A stretch of 64,000 nucleotides of DNA from an uncultured Chloroflexia bacterium (GTDB lineage Bacteria > Chloroflexota > Limnocylindria > Limnocylindrales > CSP1-4): positions 338,811 through 402,810 of the forward strand of contig CAVVAV010000003.1 of NCBI GenBank assembly GCA_963746405.1. Direction: 5' to 3'. Made by a program: the position numbers and the translations under genes. Below, piece after piece: positions 1-7,801 of this stretch. How positions within the stretch are numbered: position 1 is the stretch's first letter; each line of letters begins with the position of its first letter. Under the pieces are notes generated by a model. The model did no database searches. It was given only the letters and a program-made list of their open reading frames with translations, and was not told the DNA's origin.

Positions 1-1
1 G

Positions 2-412
2 CCCGTCGGTCCGGGGATCGGCCTGTGCGAGCGCTGCAACCCGCTCGGGCTGCGCGACGCCTCGGCATCCCAAGTGCACGGGACCGTCTTCGTGGCCGTG
101 GCGATCGCCATCGTGCTGCTGCTGGTCGCGGCGCGCTTCTCGATCGCCGGCAGCGGGCCGTTCCCCGCGACCATCTCCGCCGCGACCCCGACGGCGAACG
201 GCCTGGCCGCGACGGTCACCGTGACCAATGAGGGGACGGCCGCCGGCCAGACGACGTGCCGGATCGTCGATGCCGCGGACCGCGGCGTGAGCCGCAGCGC
301 CTTCGTCCTGAGCCCCAGGCTCGAGGCCGGTGAGACGCAGCAGTTCCCGGCGGTCGTGACCGAGTTCGGGACCGAGCCGCGGCAGCTCGCGGTCACGTGC
401 CGAACGCCGTGA
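2..412 (+). CDS. 5'-truncated hypothetical membrane protein with a CxxC motif
   Basis: Frame is open from position 2 (PVGPGIGLCERCNPLGL...), then a hydrophobic helix VFVAVAIAIVLLLVAA. Its stop overlaps the next GTG (GTGA). Confidence 0.65.
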   Translation, partial: PVGPGIGLCERCNPLGLRDASASQVHGTVFVAVAIAIVLLLVAARFSIAGSGPFPATISAATPTANGLAATVTVTNEGTAAGQTTCRIVDAADRGVSRSAFVLSPRLEAGETQQFPAVVTEFGTEPRQLAVTCRTP

Positions 413-1251
413 CCCGGGCGGCGGCCCGTCCGCTCCCCGCCAGCGCGGACGACCTGGCGTTCGGCCTGGCCCTGGCCGCCCGGGCCGGGGAAGTGTTGAT
501 GGATCGCTACGAGCGCCTCGAGCGCATCGACCACAAGAGCGCTCGCGATGTCGTGACCGAGGCGGACCACCTGTCCGAGGAGCTCGTCATCGATGCCATC
601 CGCCGGCGCCATCCCGGCGACGCGATCCTGGCCGAGGAGAGTGGCGAGCACCGGGCCGTCGCGGGGGAGGCCCCCACGTCGGGGCGTGGTCGGCTGTGGA
701 TCATCGATCCGCTCGATGGGACCGTGAACTACGCGAACGGCATCCCGTTCTTCTGCGTATCGATCGCGCTCATCGTCGATGGGCTCCCAGCCGTCGGGAT
801 CGTCCACGACCCGACCCGCGGCGAGACATTCGCCGCCACCGCCGACGGTCCGGCGCTGCTCGCCGCCTCCCTCGGTTCGCCCAGCCATCGGATCACCGCG
901 TCCGACAAGGACAAGGTGTCCGACTTCGTCGTGTCCCTGGCGCTCAGTGGGAGGTCGGCCGTCGGTCGGTCGCGGTCCGTGCGCAGGGTCATCCGGATCT
1001 CCCGCTCGATGGGTTCGGCGGCCTTGGCGCTCGCCTATGTCGGCAACGGCCGATTTGACGCATTCATCCAGCAGGGCGGGCTCTCGGCGTGGGACATCGC
1101 GGCCGCCGGGCTCATCGCCGAGCGGGGCGGGGCGCGGGTGACGGCGATGGACGGCGGCCGGTGGTTCGACCTGGCCCACGCGCCGTCGTCGATCGGCATG
1201 CTCGCCGCGCCGGTGGCGCATCACGGGACGCTGCTCGAGCTCGTGAGGTAG
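409..1251 (+). CDS. inositol monophosphatase family protein
   Basis: DVVTEAD, ILAEE, WIIDPLDGTVNY, GSAAL and WDIAA motifs. GTG 409 overlaps the upstream stop. Confidence 0.92.
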   Translation: MTRAAARPLPASADDLAFGLALAARAGEVLMDRYERLERIDHKSARDVVTEADHLSEELVIDAIRRRHPGDAILAEESGEHRAVAGEAPTSGRGRLWIIDPLDGTVNYANGIPFFCVSIALIVDGLPAVGIVHDPTRGETFAATADGPALLAASLGSPSHRITASDKDKVSDFVVSLALSGRSAVGRSRSVRRVIRISRSMGSAALALAYVGNGRFDAFIQQGGLSAWDIAAAGLIAERGGARVTAMDGGRWFDLAHAPSSIGMLAAPVAHHGTLLELVR

Positions 1252-1506
1252 GTCGCCGTCTGCGCGCGTCGCACAGCGGGCTTAATGCGCCGGGCACTCC
1301 GGTTCACTCGTGGTGAACGTTGGGGACATCGTAGGGATCGCTTTGCCCACGGGCGAACCCATCCAGCCGTGTGTGCGTCGCTTCAAAAGCGATCATTCAC
1401 CGTCGATGAACGGCTGGCGGTTCCACGCCCGGCATCGGCGCTTGGGCGTGCATGCGTTCACTAGCGGTGAATCGCGCGGCCGGGGACGTTTCGAGGGCTG
1501 CGGGTC
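1252..1506. ncRNA. candidate structured non-coding RNA or repeat element between convergent genes
   Basis: 255 bp non-coding, with about six hairpins including a CCAGCCGT/ACGGCTGG-closed junction and three TTCAC-N5-RTGAA palindromes. Confidence 0.4.
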
Positions 1507-2421
1507 CTAGCCGGCCCGGTCCTCGTCGAGCCAGCGGTGTGGCCGGCTCCGCAGGCGGTCGAGGCCCCATTCTTCACAGAAGGCTTCCCAGGCCGCACGA
1601 GGGACCCCGTCCCAGCGCAGCTCGTCGGGCGTCCGCTGGCGGATCGGCACGCCGTCCGCGTCGGTGCGCAGCCGGGCGAGGTCGCGGTAGAGGAGCGCCT
1701 CCGCCCAGTGCTCTCGCAGGGCCGCTGCAAGGCCGACCGCCCGGCCTCCCCCGACCCCCGGCACCTCCCAGGCCGAGGCGCGCTCAGGGATATCCTCGAA
1801 GTGCCCGTAGCGGGCCAGGACCGCTGCCGCGCCCTTGGCGCCCCAGCCGGGCAGGCCCGGATACCCGTCCGACAAATCGCCGACGAGGGCGAGCCAGTCC
1901 GGGATGGAGGCCGGTGGCACGCCCCACTTCGCGCGAACGCCGGCGTCGTCGTAGGTGATTCCCCTGCGCCGATCCCAGAGCACGACCCGGTCGTCCCGCA
2001 CGAGCTGGGCCATGTCCTTGTCCGGGGTGCAGATCAGGATCCGGTCGACCGCATCGTCGTCGGCGAAGCGCACGGCCGCCGCGGCGATGGCGTCGTCCGC
2101 CTCGAAATCGACCATCGGCCACAGGACGATCCCAAGCGCCTCGATGGCGGCCTCGGCGATGGGAAACTGCGCGAGTAGCTCGGGTGGCATTCCGGCCGAC
2201 GACTTGTAGCCCGCGAACAGGTCGTTACGGAACAATTCGATCACGCGGTCCGTGGCGCAGCCGACGTGCGTCGCGCCCTCTTCGCGCAGCAGGTAGAGCA
2301 GCTGGTCGCAGAGGCCCGAGACACCGGAGAGGATGATCCCGTCTCGGCCGACCACGTCAGGCCGCGGCGCATAGTGCGCCCGGAAGAGCTCGTAGGTCGC
2401 ATCGACGAGGTGGAGCTCCAT
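1507..2421 (-). CDS. stand-alone 5'-3' exonuclease / flap endonuclease (PolI N-terminal-like)
   Basis: LVDAT, FRNDLFAGYK, FEADD, DKD and H3TH (LVGDLSDGYPGLPGWGAKGA) motifs. Confidence 0.92.
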   Translation of the reverse strand: MELHLVDATYELFRAHYAPRPDVVGRDGIILSGVSGLCDQLLYLLREEGATHVGCATDRVIELFRNDLFAGYKSSAGMPPELLAQFPIAEAAIEALGIVLWPMVDFEADDAIAAAAVRFADDDAVDRILICTPDKDMAQLVRDDRVVLWDRRRGITYDDAGVRAKWGVPPASIPDWLALVGDLSDGYPGLPGWGAKGAAAVLARYGHFEDIPERASAWEVPGVGGGRAVGLAAALREHWAEALLYRDLARLRTDADGVPIRQRTPDELRWDGVPRAAWEAFCEEWGLDRLRSRPHRWLDEDRAG

Positions 2422-3040
2422 CGCTAGCCGTGCTCACGGAATCGGCGCTCCGCAAGAGACGGACACCCGCCGCGGCCATCTCTTCGATCGCGCGCGTGCC
2501 GTCGTCCGGCGCGAGGTCGACGGCGGCGATGGCGTCGGTAAGTAGGCTCGTTTCATAGCCGAGCCGGACCGCATCGATCGCCGTCGCCTTGACGCAGTAG
2601 TCGGTGGCCAAGCCGACGACGACGACGCGCTCGATTCCGCCGTCGCGCAGCAGGGCGTCGAGCTCGGTCGAGGTCTCCTCGCCGGTCGTCGGATCGCGCA
2701 TCGTGAACCCCGAGTAGCCGTCCTCGCCGTTCGAACCCTTACGGATGCGCCGCGCGCCCATCGCCGTGACGAGGTCCGGGTGGAGGGCGGCGCCCCACGT
2801 GTCGGCGATGCAGTGGACGGGCCAGATGCCGCCGTCCTTGGCGAAATGCGGCGTGACCTTGGGGTGCCAATCCTGGGTGAATACCACCAAGCCCCCAGCA
2901 ACGGTCGCCTTCGCGACCTCGCCATCGATCGTCGGGACGACGCCCTCGCCGCCCGCTATGGACAGGCTACCCGCCGGATCGGCGAAGTCGTTCTGCACGT
3001 CGACGACGATCAGGGCCGTGGCCGGGTCATACCGCCGCAT
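2357..3040 (-). CDS. pncA: nicotinamidase / pyrazinamidase (isochorismatase family)
   Basis: DVQNDF, DWHP, WPVHC, YSGF and GLATDYCV motifs. Confidence 0.9.
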   Translation of the reverse strand: MRRYDPATALIVVDVQNDFADPAGSLSIAGGEGVVPTIDGEVAKATVAGGLVVFTQDWHPKVTPHFAKDGGIWPVHCIADTWGAALHPDLVTAMGARRIRKGSNGEDGYSGFTMRDPTTGEETSTELDALLRDGGIERVVVVGLATDYCVKATAIDAVRLGYETSLLTDAIAAVDLAPDDGTRAIEEMAAAGVRLLRSADSVSTASDGAPPRRCDLRALPGALCAAA

Positions 3041-3125
3041 CGCCCGAGCCTATCAGGGGTTCGTGGCATCGGCCCGCGCGCCCAAGCTGACTTAGCAGCC
3101 TTAGACCACTCGGCTCGCGGCAGCA

Positions 3126-3327
3126 TCGTCATCCGGGGACGACTATGGCGATCTGGCCCTCGCATCCCGGCAGGATCGACATCCGAGGACGGTTACGACA
3201 GCGAATCGTGTGGTTTCGGTGCCCGAACGGCGAGCGTATCGGCCATAAGCGTCCGGGGATGTCGATCTCGCCACGAGCCATGGAGGTCGGGCCGGACGCG
3301 AAGAAGCGGCGCCGTGGGCGCCGCTTC
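3126..3327 (+). ncRNA. candidate rod-shaped (6S-like) small RNA
   Basis: Perfect 11-bp stem 3174-3184/3257-3267, extended inward (3187-3191/3250-3254) and outward (3148-3165/3280-3299), followed by a terminator-like hairpin. G-U pairs favour the + strand. Confidence 0.4.
3303..3327. terminator. intrinsic terminator-like hairpin downstream of the response regulator
   Basis: GAAGCGGCGCC-gtg-GGCGCCGCTTC, an 11-bp perfect stem, followed by TTC on the minus strand. Confidence 0.7.
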
Positions 3328-3347
3328 GGTCTCAGGGCTGCGGAGAT

Positions 3348-4103
3348 CTAGCCGATCATGGCCGATCGCTCGTCCGGGGCCGGCTCCGGCGCCACCGTCT
3401 CCGGTGCCACCGGCGGTTCGACATCGAGCAGGTAGCCGATGCCCTGGAACGTCTTGATCCGACCGGGCTCACCGGGCTCCGCGCCCAGCTTGCGACGGAC
3501 GCGCGAGACCCACACCCGCAGGTACTGGAGATCGTCGCGGTACTCGGGTCCCCAGACCTTCGTCAGGAGCTCGGTATGGAGGACGACCTTGCCGGCGTTG
3601 GCGGCCAGGTGCTGGAGCAGCAGCCACTCGGTTCGGGACAGCTGGACCAGCTCGCCCTCACGGGTGACCATTCGACGCTCGAGGTCGATCTCGATGTCGT
3701 CGAACGCGAGGACCCCCGATCCGGGGCTCGCCCCGGACGAGCGGCGCAGGACCGCGCGCACACGAGCGGCCAGCTCGTCGGGGTGGAACGGCTTGGCGAT
3801 GTAGTCGTCGGCGCCGAGATCGAGTCCCTTGGCCTTGTCGGCGGTCGAGCCCTTCGCCGTCAGGAGGATCACCGCGACCGGACGTCGCTCGCGAAGTTGC
3901 CGCATGACCTCGATGCCGTCGAGGTCAGGCATGACGATGTCGAGGAGCACGATATCGGGACGCACTTCCTCGGCCTTCTGGAGCGCCTCCTCGCCGCCGT
4001 TGGCGGTCACGACGCGGAAACCCTCCTCACCGAGGGCGATCGAGACGAGCTTGGTGATGCGCGGCTCGTCGTCCGCGACGAGGACGAGTGGCTGGGTACT
4101 CAA
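3348..4103 (-). CDS. OmpR/PhoB-family (KdpE-like) response regulator
   Basis: Receiver domain (ADDE, LLDIVMP, LLTAKG, DDYIAKPF) plus winged helix (YLRVWVSRVRRKL, TFQGIGY). Confidence 0.93.
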   Translation of the reverse strand: MSTQPLVLVADDEPRITKLVSIALGEEGFRVVTANGGEEALQKAEEVRPDIVLLDIVMPDLDGIEVMRQLRERRPVAVILLTAKGSTADKAKGLDLGADDYIAKPFHPDELAARVRAVLRRSSGASPGSGVLAFDDIEIDLERRMVTREGELVQLSRTEWLLLQHLAANAGKVVLHTELLTKVWGPEYRDDLQYLRVWVSRVRRKLGAEPGEPGRIKTFQGIGYLLDVEPPVAPETVAPEPAPDERSAMIG

Positions 4104-4198
4104 ACCGGAACCTCCTGGGTCGGCGTCATGGTGACGGCCATGGCCCGATACGTCACGTCCGGCACGTCAGTCAACGTACCGGACGCTGTGGGGACGAA

Positions 4199-4405
4199 TC
4201 AGGAGCCGGCGGGTGCCACGCTCGGGAGGGTGACGTCCACGTTCACGTCGGTGGGCGTCGAGGTCGTGTTTGCGCCGGGGCCGGCCAGAAAGTACCACGC
4301 GCCGGCCAGGACGATGATCACGGCGATGATGCCGAGGATCAGGCCGGTGCTGGAACCGCCGTCGCGGACGACGACCGTGTCGCGGTCATAGTGGGGATCG
4401 GACAT
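4199..4405 (-). CDS. 68-aa single-TM small protein
   Basis: AAGGAG SD before ATG 4405. MSDPHYDRDTVVVRDGGSS, then a TM (GLILGIIAVIIVLAGAWYF) and a Thr/Pro tail. Confidence 0.75.
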   Translation of the reverse strand: MSDPHYDRDTVVVRDGGSSTGLILGIIAVIIVLAGAWYFLAGPGANTTSTPTDVNVDVTLPSVAPAGS

Positions 4406-4556
4406 GACTGGGACTCCTTCGTTCGATCGGTGGACGGTGTCCGGTGCCTCCCAGCTATTGCTGTGCGGACCGGTCGAGCGCGCACGCCCGAGCGAGCGCG
4501 GGGCTCGAAGTCCAAGGAGCATGGTCGCCGCGGCCTGACGGCCGATGCCGCCCGGC

Positions 4557-4584
4557 ATTGCAATCCGGTTACATCGGCATTACA
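4557..4584 (-). promoter_or_regulatory. three direct repeats at 11-bp period (OmpR-family-type box)
   Basis: Minus strand reads TGTAAT-N5-TGTAAC-N5-TGCAAT, upstream of the small protein and response regulator. Confidence 0.6.
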
Positions 4585-4643
4585 GGGCGCCTGGCCCGTT
4601 CGGTCGGCCTCCCGAACCGAGGCGATGGGCTACCCTTTCGAGC

Positions 4644-5009
4644 ATGGGCTACAGTCAGGAGGAGCTCGATCTGATCGCCCGCACTGAGGAGGTCGAGATC
4701 GAGACCAGCGACGGCGTCGGCGCCGTGCACCGCACGATCATCTGGGCGGTCGTCGACGACGGAGCCGTCTTCGTTCGGTCGTACCGTGGGCCACACGCTC
4801 GCTGGTATCGCGAGGCCCAGTCGAACCCTGCGGTAGCGCTGCACATCGACGATCGCCGTCTGCCGGCGCGGGCCGTGCCCGCCGCGGATGCGGCATCCAT
4901 CGAGCGGACATCGGCCGGTCTCCTGCGCAAGTATGTGGGCGATCCGGCGGCCAAGCGCATGGTCCGCCCCGAGGTGCTCGACCTTACGTTCCGCCTCGAG
5001 CGCGCATGA
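4644..5009 (+). CDS. DUF2255-family protein
   Basis: EVEIET...IIWAVVDDGAVFVRSYRG...WYR pattern. TACCCT lies 7 nt before the ATG. Confidence 0.75.
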   Translation: MGYSQEELDLIARTEEVEIETSDGVGAVHRTIIWAVVDDGAVFVRSYRGPHARWYREAQSNPAVALHIDDRRLPARAVPAADAASIERTSAGLLRKYVGDPAAKRMVRPEVLDLTFRLERA

Positions 5010-5043
5010 CCGGCGGACATCGTCCCCCAGCCGCAACCCCCTG

Positions 5044-5061
5044 ACGGCGGTTCGCCGCCGT
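5044..5061 (+). terminator. UUCG-capped hairpin after DUF2255, abutting the aceE -10 (TACGAT 5061-5066)
   Basis: ACGGCGG-TTCG-CCGCCGT. Confidence 0.45.
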
Positions 5062-5100
5062 ACGATCTGCCGCGGACGCGCGGTCCAGGAGTCGCCTCGC

Positions 5101-7785
5101 ATGTACTTCGACGAATTCAAGCATCAACTGCCCGACATCGACCCGGCCGAGACCGAGGACTGGATGGAGTCGCTCGACCAGGTCGTGGAGCAGGCTGGCG
5201 AGACGCGTGCTCGATTCCTGGTCTACAAGCTGCTCAAGCGCGCCCGCCAGCTCCAGATCGGACTCCCGCCGCTCACGCAGACCCGCTACATCAATACGAT
5301 CAGCCCGGAGCAGGAGCCCGATTTCCCCGGTGACGAGGCGATGGAGCTTCGGATCCGGCGCATCGTCCGCTGGAACGCGGTGGCGATGGTCCTGCGTGCG
5401 AACACTCGCTTTCCGGGCATCGGCGGCCACCTGTCGACCTACGCGAGCTCGGCGAGCCTGTACGAGACCGGCTTCAACCACTTCTTCCGCGGCAAGGACG
5501 GGGAGGGGAGTGGCGACCAGATCTTCTACCAGGGCCACGCGGCGCCCGGCATCTATGCCCGCGCATTCCTCGAGGGACGTCTGACCGAAGACCAGCTCGA
5601 CCATTTCCGCCGTGAGGGCCAGCCGGGCCAGGGCCTGAGCTCGTACCCGCACCCGCGCCTGATGCCCGACTTCTGGGAGTACCCGACGGTCTCGATGGGC
5701 CTTGGCCCGATCAGCGCCGTCTACCAGGCCCGCTTCAACCGCTACCTGCACAACCGGGGCCAGCTCGACACGTCCGGCTCACGGGTCTGGGCCTTCCTTG
5801 GCGACGGAGAAACGGACGAGCCCGAGTCGCTAGGCGCCCTCAACCTGGCCGCGCGAGAGGGTCTCGACAACCTGACATTCGTCATCAACTGCAACCTGCA
5901 GCGGCTCGATGGCCCGGTCCGTGGCAACGGCAAGATCATCCAGGAGCTCGAGGCCGTCTTCCGCGGCGCGGGCTGGAACGTCATCAAGGTCATCTGGGCC
6001 CGCGAATGGGATGAACTGCTGGCTCGCGACGTGGACGGGCTCCTCGTGCAGCAGATGAACGAGACCCTGGACGGCGAGTTCCAGAAGTTCAGCGTGGCCG
6101 GCGGCGCGTACATCCGGGAGCATTTCTTCGGGCCGGACCAGCGCTTGCGCAAGCTCGTCGAGCACCTGACCGACGACGATCTCGCGAGGCTGCGGCGGGG
6201 CGGCCACGACTACCGCAAGGTCTACGCCGCGTACAAGGCCGCCACGGAGTTCAAGGGCGCCCCCACGGTCATCCTGGCGAAGACGGTCAAGGGCTGGACG
6301 CTCGGCCCGGGAGTCGAGGCACGCAACATCACGCACCAGGCCAAGAAGCTGTCCGAGAAGGAGCTGCAGGTCTTCCGCGACCGCCTGCAGCTGCCGATCC
6401 CCGACGAGAAGCTCAAGGATGCGCCCTACTACCACCCGGGTCCCACGTCCGAGGAGGTCGAGTACCTGCGCGAGCGTCGCGCGGCGCTGGGTGGATCGAT
6501 CCCCAAGCGTGTCGTTCGCTCGAAGCCCTTGCCCGCTCCGGGCCCCGAGGTCGACAAGGAGTTCGCTGCCGGCAGCAAGACCGAAGTCTCGACGACCATG
6601 GTCTTCACGAGGATCCTGCGGAACCTGCTTCGAGACAAGGAGCTCGGGCCGCGCATCGTGCCGATCATCCCCGACGAGGCCCGGACGTTCGGGATGGACC
6701 CCTTGTTCAAGGAGGTCGGCATCTACGCGGCGCTCGGCCAGCGCTACGAACCGGTCGATTCGGACCTCGTGCTGTCCTACCGGGAAGCCACCGACGGTCA
6801 GGTGCTCGAGGAAGGCATCACCGAGGCGGGCTCCATGGCCAGCTTCCAGGCAGCCGGCACCTCCTACGCCACCCACGGGCATGCCGTGATCCCGTTCTAC
6901 ATCTTCTACTCGATGTTCGGCTTCCAGCGGACGGGCGATCAGATGTGGGCCTTCGGCGACGCGCGTGGGCGCGGCTTCCTCATGGGCGCGACCGCGGGTC
7001 GCACGACGCTGGCGGGCGAGGGCCTCCAGCACGACGACGGTCACAGCCACATCCTCGCCTCGACGGTGCCGGTGGTCCGCGGCTACGACCCAGCGTTCGC
7101 CTACGAGCTCGCAGCGATCGTCCGCGACGGCATCGAGCGCATGTACGTCCAGGGCGAGGACGTCTACTACTACATCAGCATCTACAACGAGAACTACGCC
7201 CAGCCGGCGAAGCCCGAAGGCGTCGACGACGGGATCCTTCGTGGCATCTACCGGTTCGCCGAGGCCCCGCAGCTCGGGAAGGACGCGCATCCGGCCCGGC
7301 TGGTGGGGTCGGGCTCCATCCTCAATGGGGTCATCGCCGCGCGCGACCTGCTGGCCGAGCGGTTCGGCGTGGCCGCCGAGGTCTACAGCGCCCCGTCGTT
7401 CCCGCTCCTGCGGCGCGATGCCCTTGAGGCGGAGCGCTGGAACCGGCTGCACCCCGACGCCAAGGACACGCGCGTTCCGTACGTGACGACGGTCCTCCGC
7501 GGTGACGGCGGCCCCATCGTGGCCGCCACGGACTGGATGAAGGCGCTGCCCGACATGGTCGCGCGCTGGCTGCCGGCCCCGTATGTCTCGCTCGGCACGG
7601 ACGGCTTCGGACGCAGCGGCACGCGCGAGGACCTGCGCGCCCTGTTCGAGATCGACCCGCCGCATATCGCCGCCGCCACCCTCGTCTCGCTGGCGCGCTG
7701 CGGCGATCTGACGCCGTCGAAGGCCGCGAAGGCCATCCGCGAGCTCGGCATCGACCCGGACAAGATCGACCCGCTCGCCGGCTGA
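5101..7785 (+). CDS. aceE: pyruvate dehydrogenase E1, homodimeric type
   Basis: GGHLSTY, SSYPHP, PTVSMGLGP, ThDP motif GDGETDEPES...NCNLQRLDGP, FYSMFGFQR and GEGLQH. AGGAG SD. Confidence 0.96.
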   Translation: MYFDEFKHQLPDIDPAETEDWMESLDQVVEQAGETRARFLVYKLLKRARQLQIGLPPLTQTRYINTISPEQEPDFPGDEAMELRIRRIVRWNAVAMVLRANTRFPGIGGHLSTYASSASLYETGFNHFFRGKDGEGSGDQIFYQGHAAPGIYARAFLEGRLTEDQLDHFRREGQPGQGLSSYPHPRLMPDFWEYPTVSMGLGPISAVYQARFNRYLHNRGQLDTSGSRVWAFLGDGETDEPESLGALNLAAREGLDNLTFVINCNLQRLDGPVRGNGKIIQELEAVFRGAGWNVIKVIWAREWDELLARDVDGLLVQQMNETLDGEFQKFSVAGGAYIREHFFGPDQRLRKLVEHLTDDDLARLRRGGHDYRKVYAAYKAATEFKGAPTVILAKTVKGWTLGPGVEARNITHQAKKLSEKELQVFRDRLQLPIPDEKLKDAPYYHPGPTSEEVEYLRERRAALGGSIPKRVVRSKPLPAPGPEVDKEFAAGSKTEVSTTMVFTRILRNLLRDKELGPRIVPIIPDEARTFGMDPLFKEVGIYAALGQRYEPVDSDLVLSYREATDGQVLEEGITEAGSMASFQAAGTSYATHGHAVIPFYIFYSMFGFQRTGDQMWAFGDARGRGFLMGATAGRTTLAGEGLQHDDGHSHILASTVPVVRGYDPAFAYELAAIVRDGIERMYVQGEDVYYYISIYNENYAQPAKPEGVDDGILRGIYRFAEAPQLGKDAHPARLVGSGSILNGVIAARDLLAERFGVAAEVYSAPSFPLLRRDALEAERWNRLHPDAKDTRVPYVTTVLRGDGGPIVAATDWMKALPDMVARWLPAPYVSLGTDGFGRSGTREDLRALFEIDPPHIAAATLVSLARCGDLTPSKAAKAIRELGIDPDKIDPLAG

Positions 7786-7801
7786 CCGCCGCCGCGATCG
7801 G

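Noticed and set aside
1280-1367. Resemblance to the c-di-AMP (ydaO) riboswitch: GCTTAAT...TTGGGG...GTAGGG...GAACCC..CAGC
   Set aside because: The GGGGGA and GGUGAAU core elements are missing, and no gene lies downstream on the + strand.
1363-1417. Minus-strand AGCCGT...CGGTGAA...CGCAC..ACGG resembles group II intron domain V
   Set aside because: Insertions break the 34-nt D5 geometry, and there is no D6, RT or interrupted gene.
4625-4652. ATGGGCTAC repeated twice at the DUF2255 start
   Set aside because: Only 9 bp; the first copy simply supplies the TACCCT -10 element.
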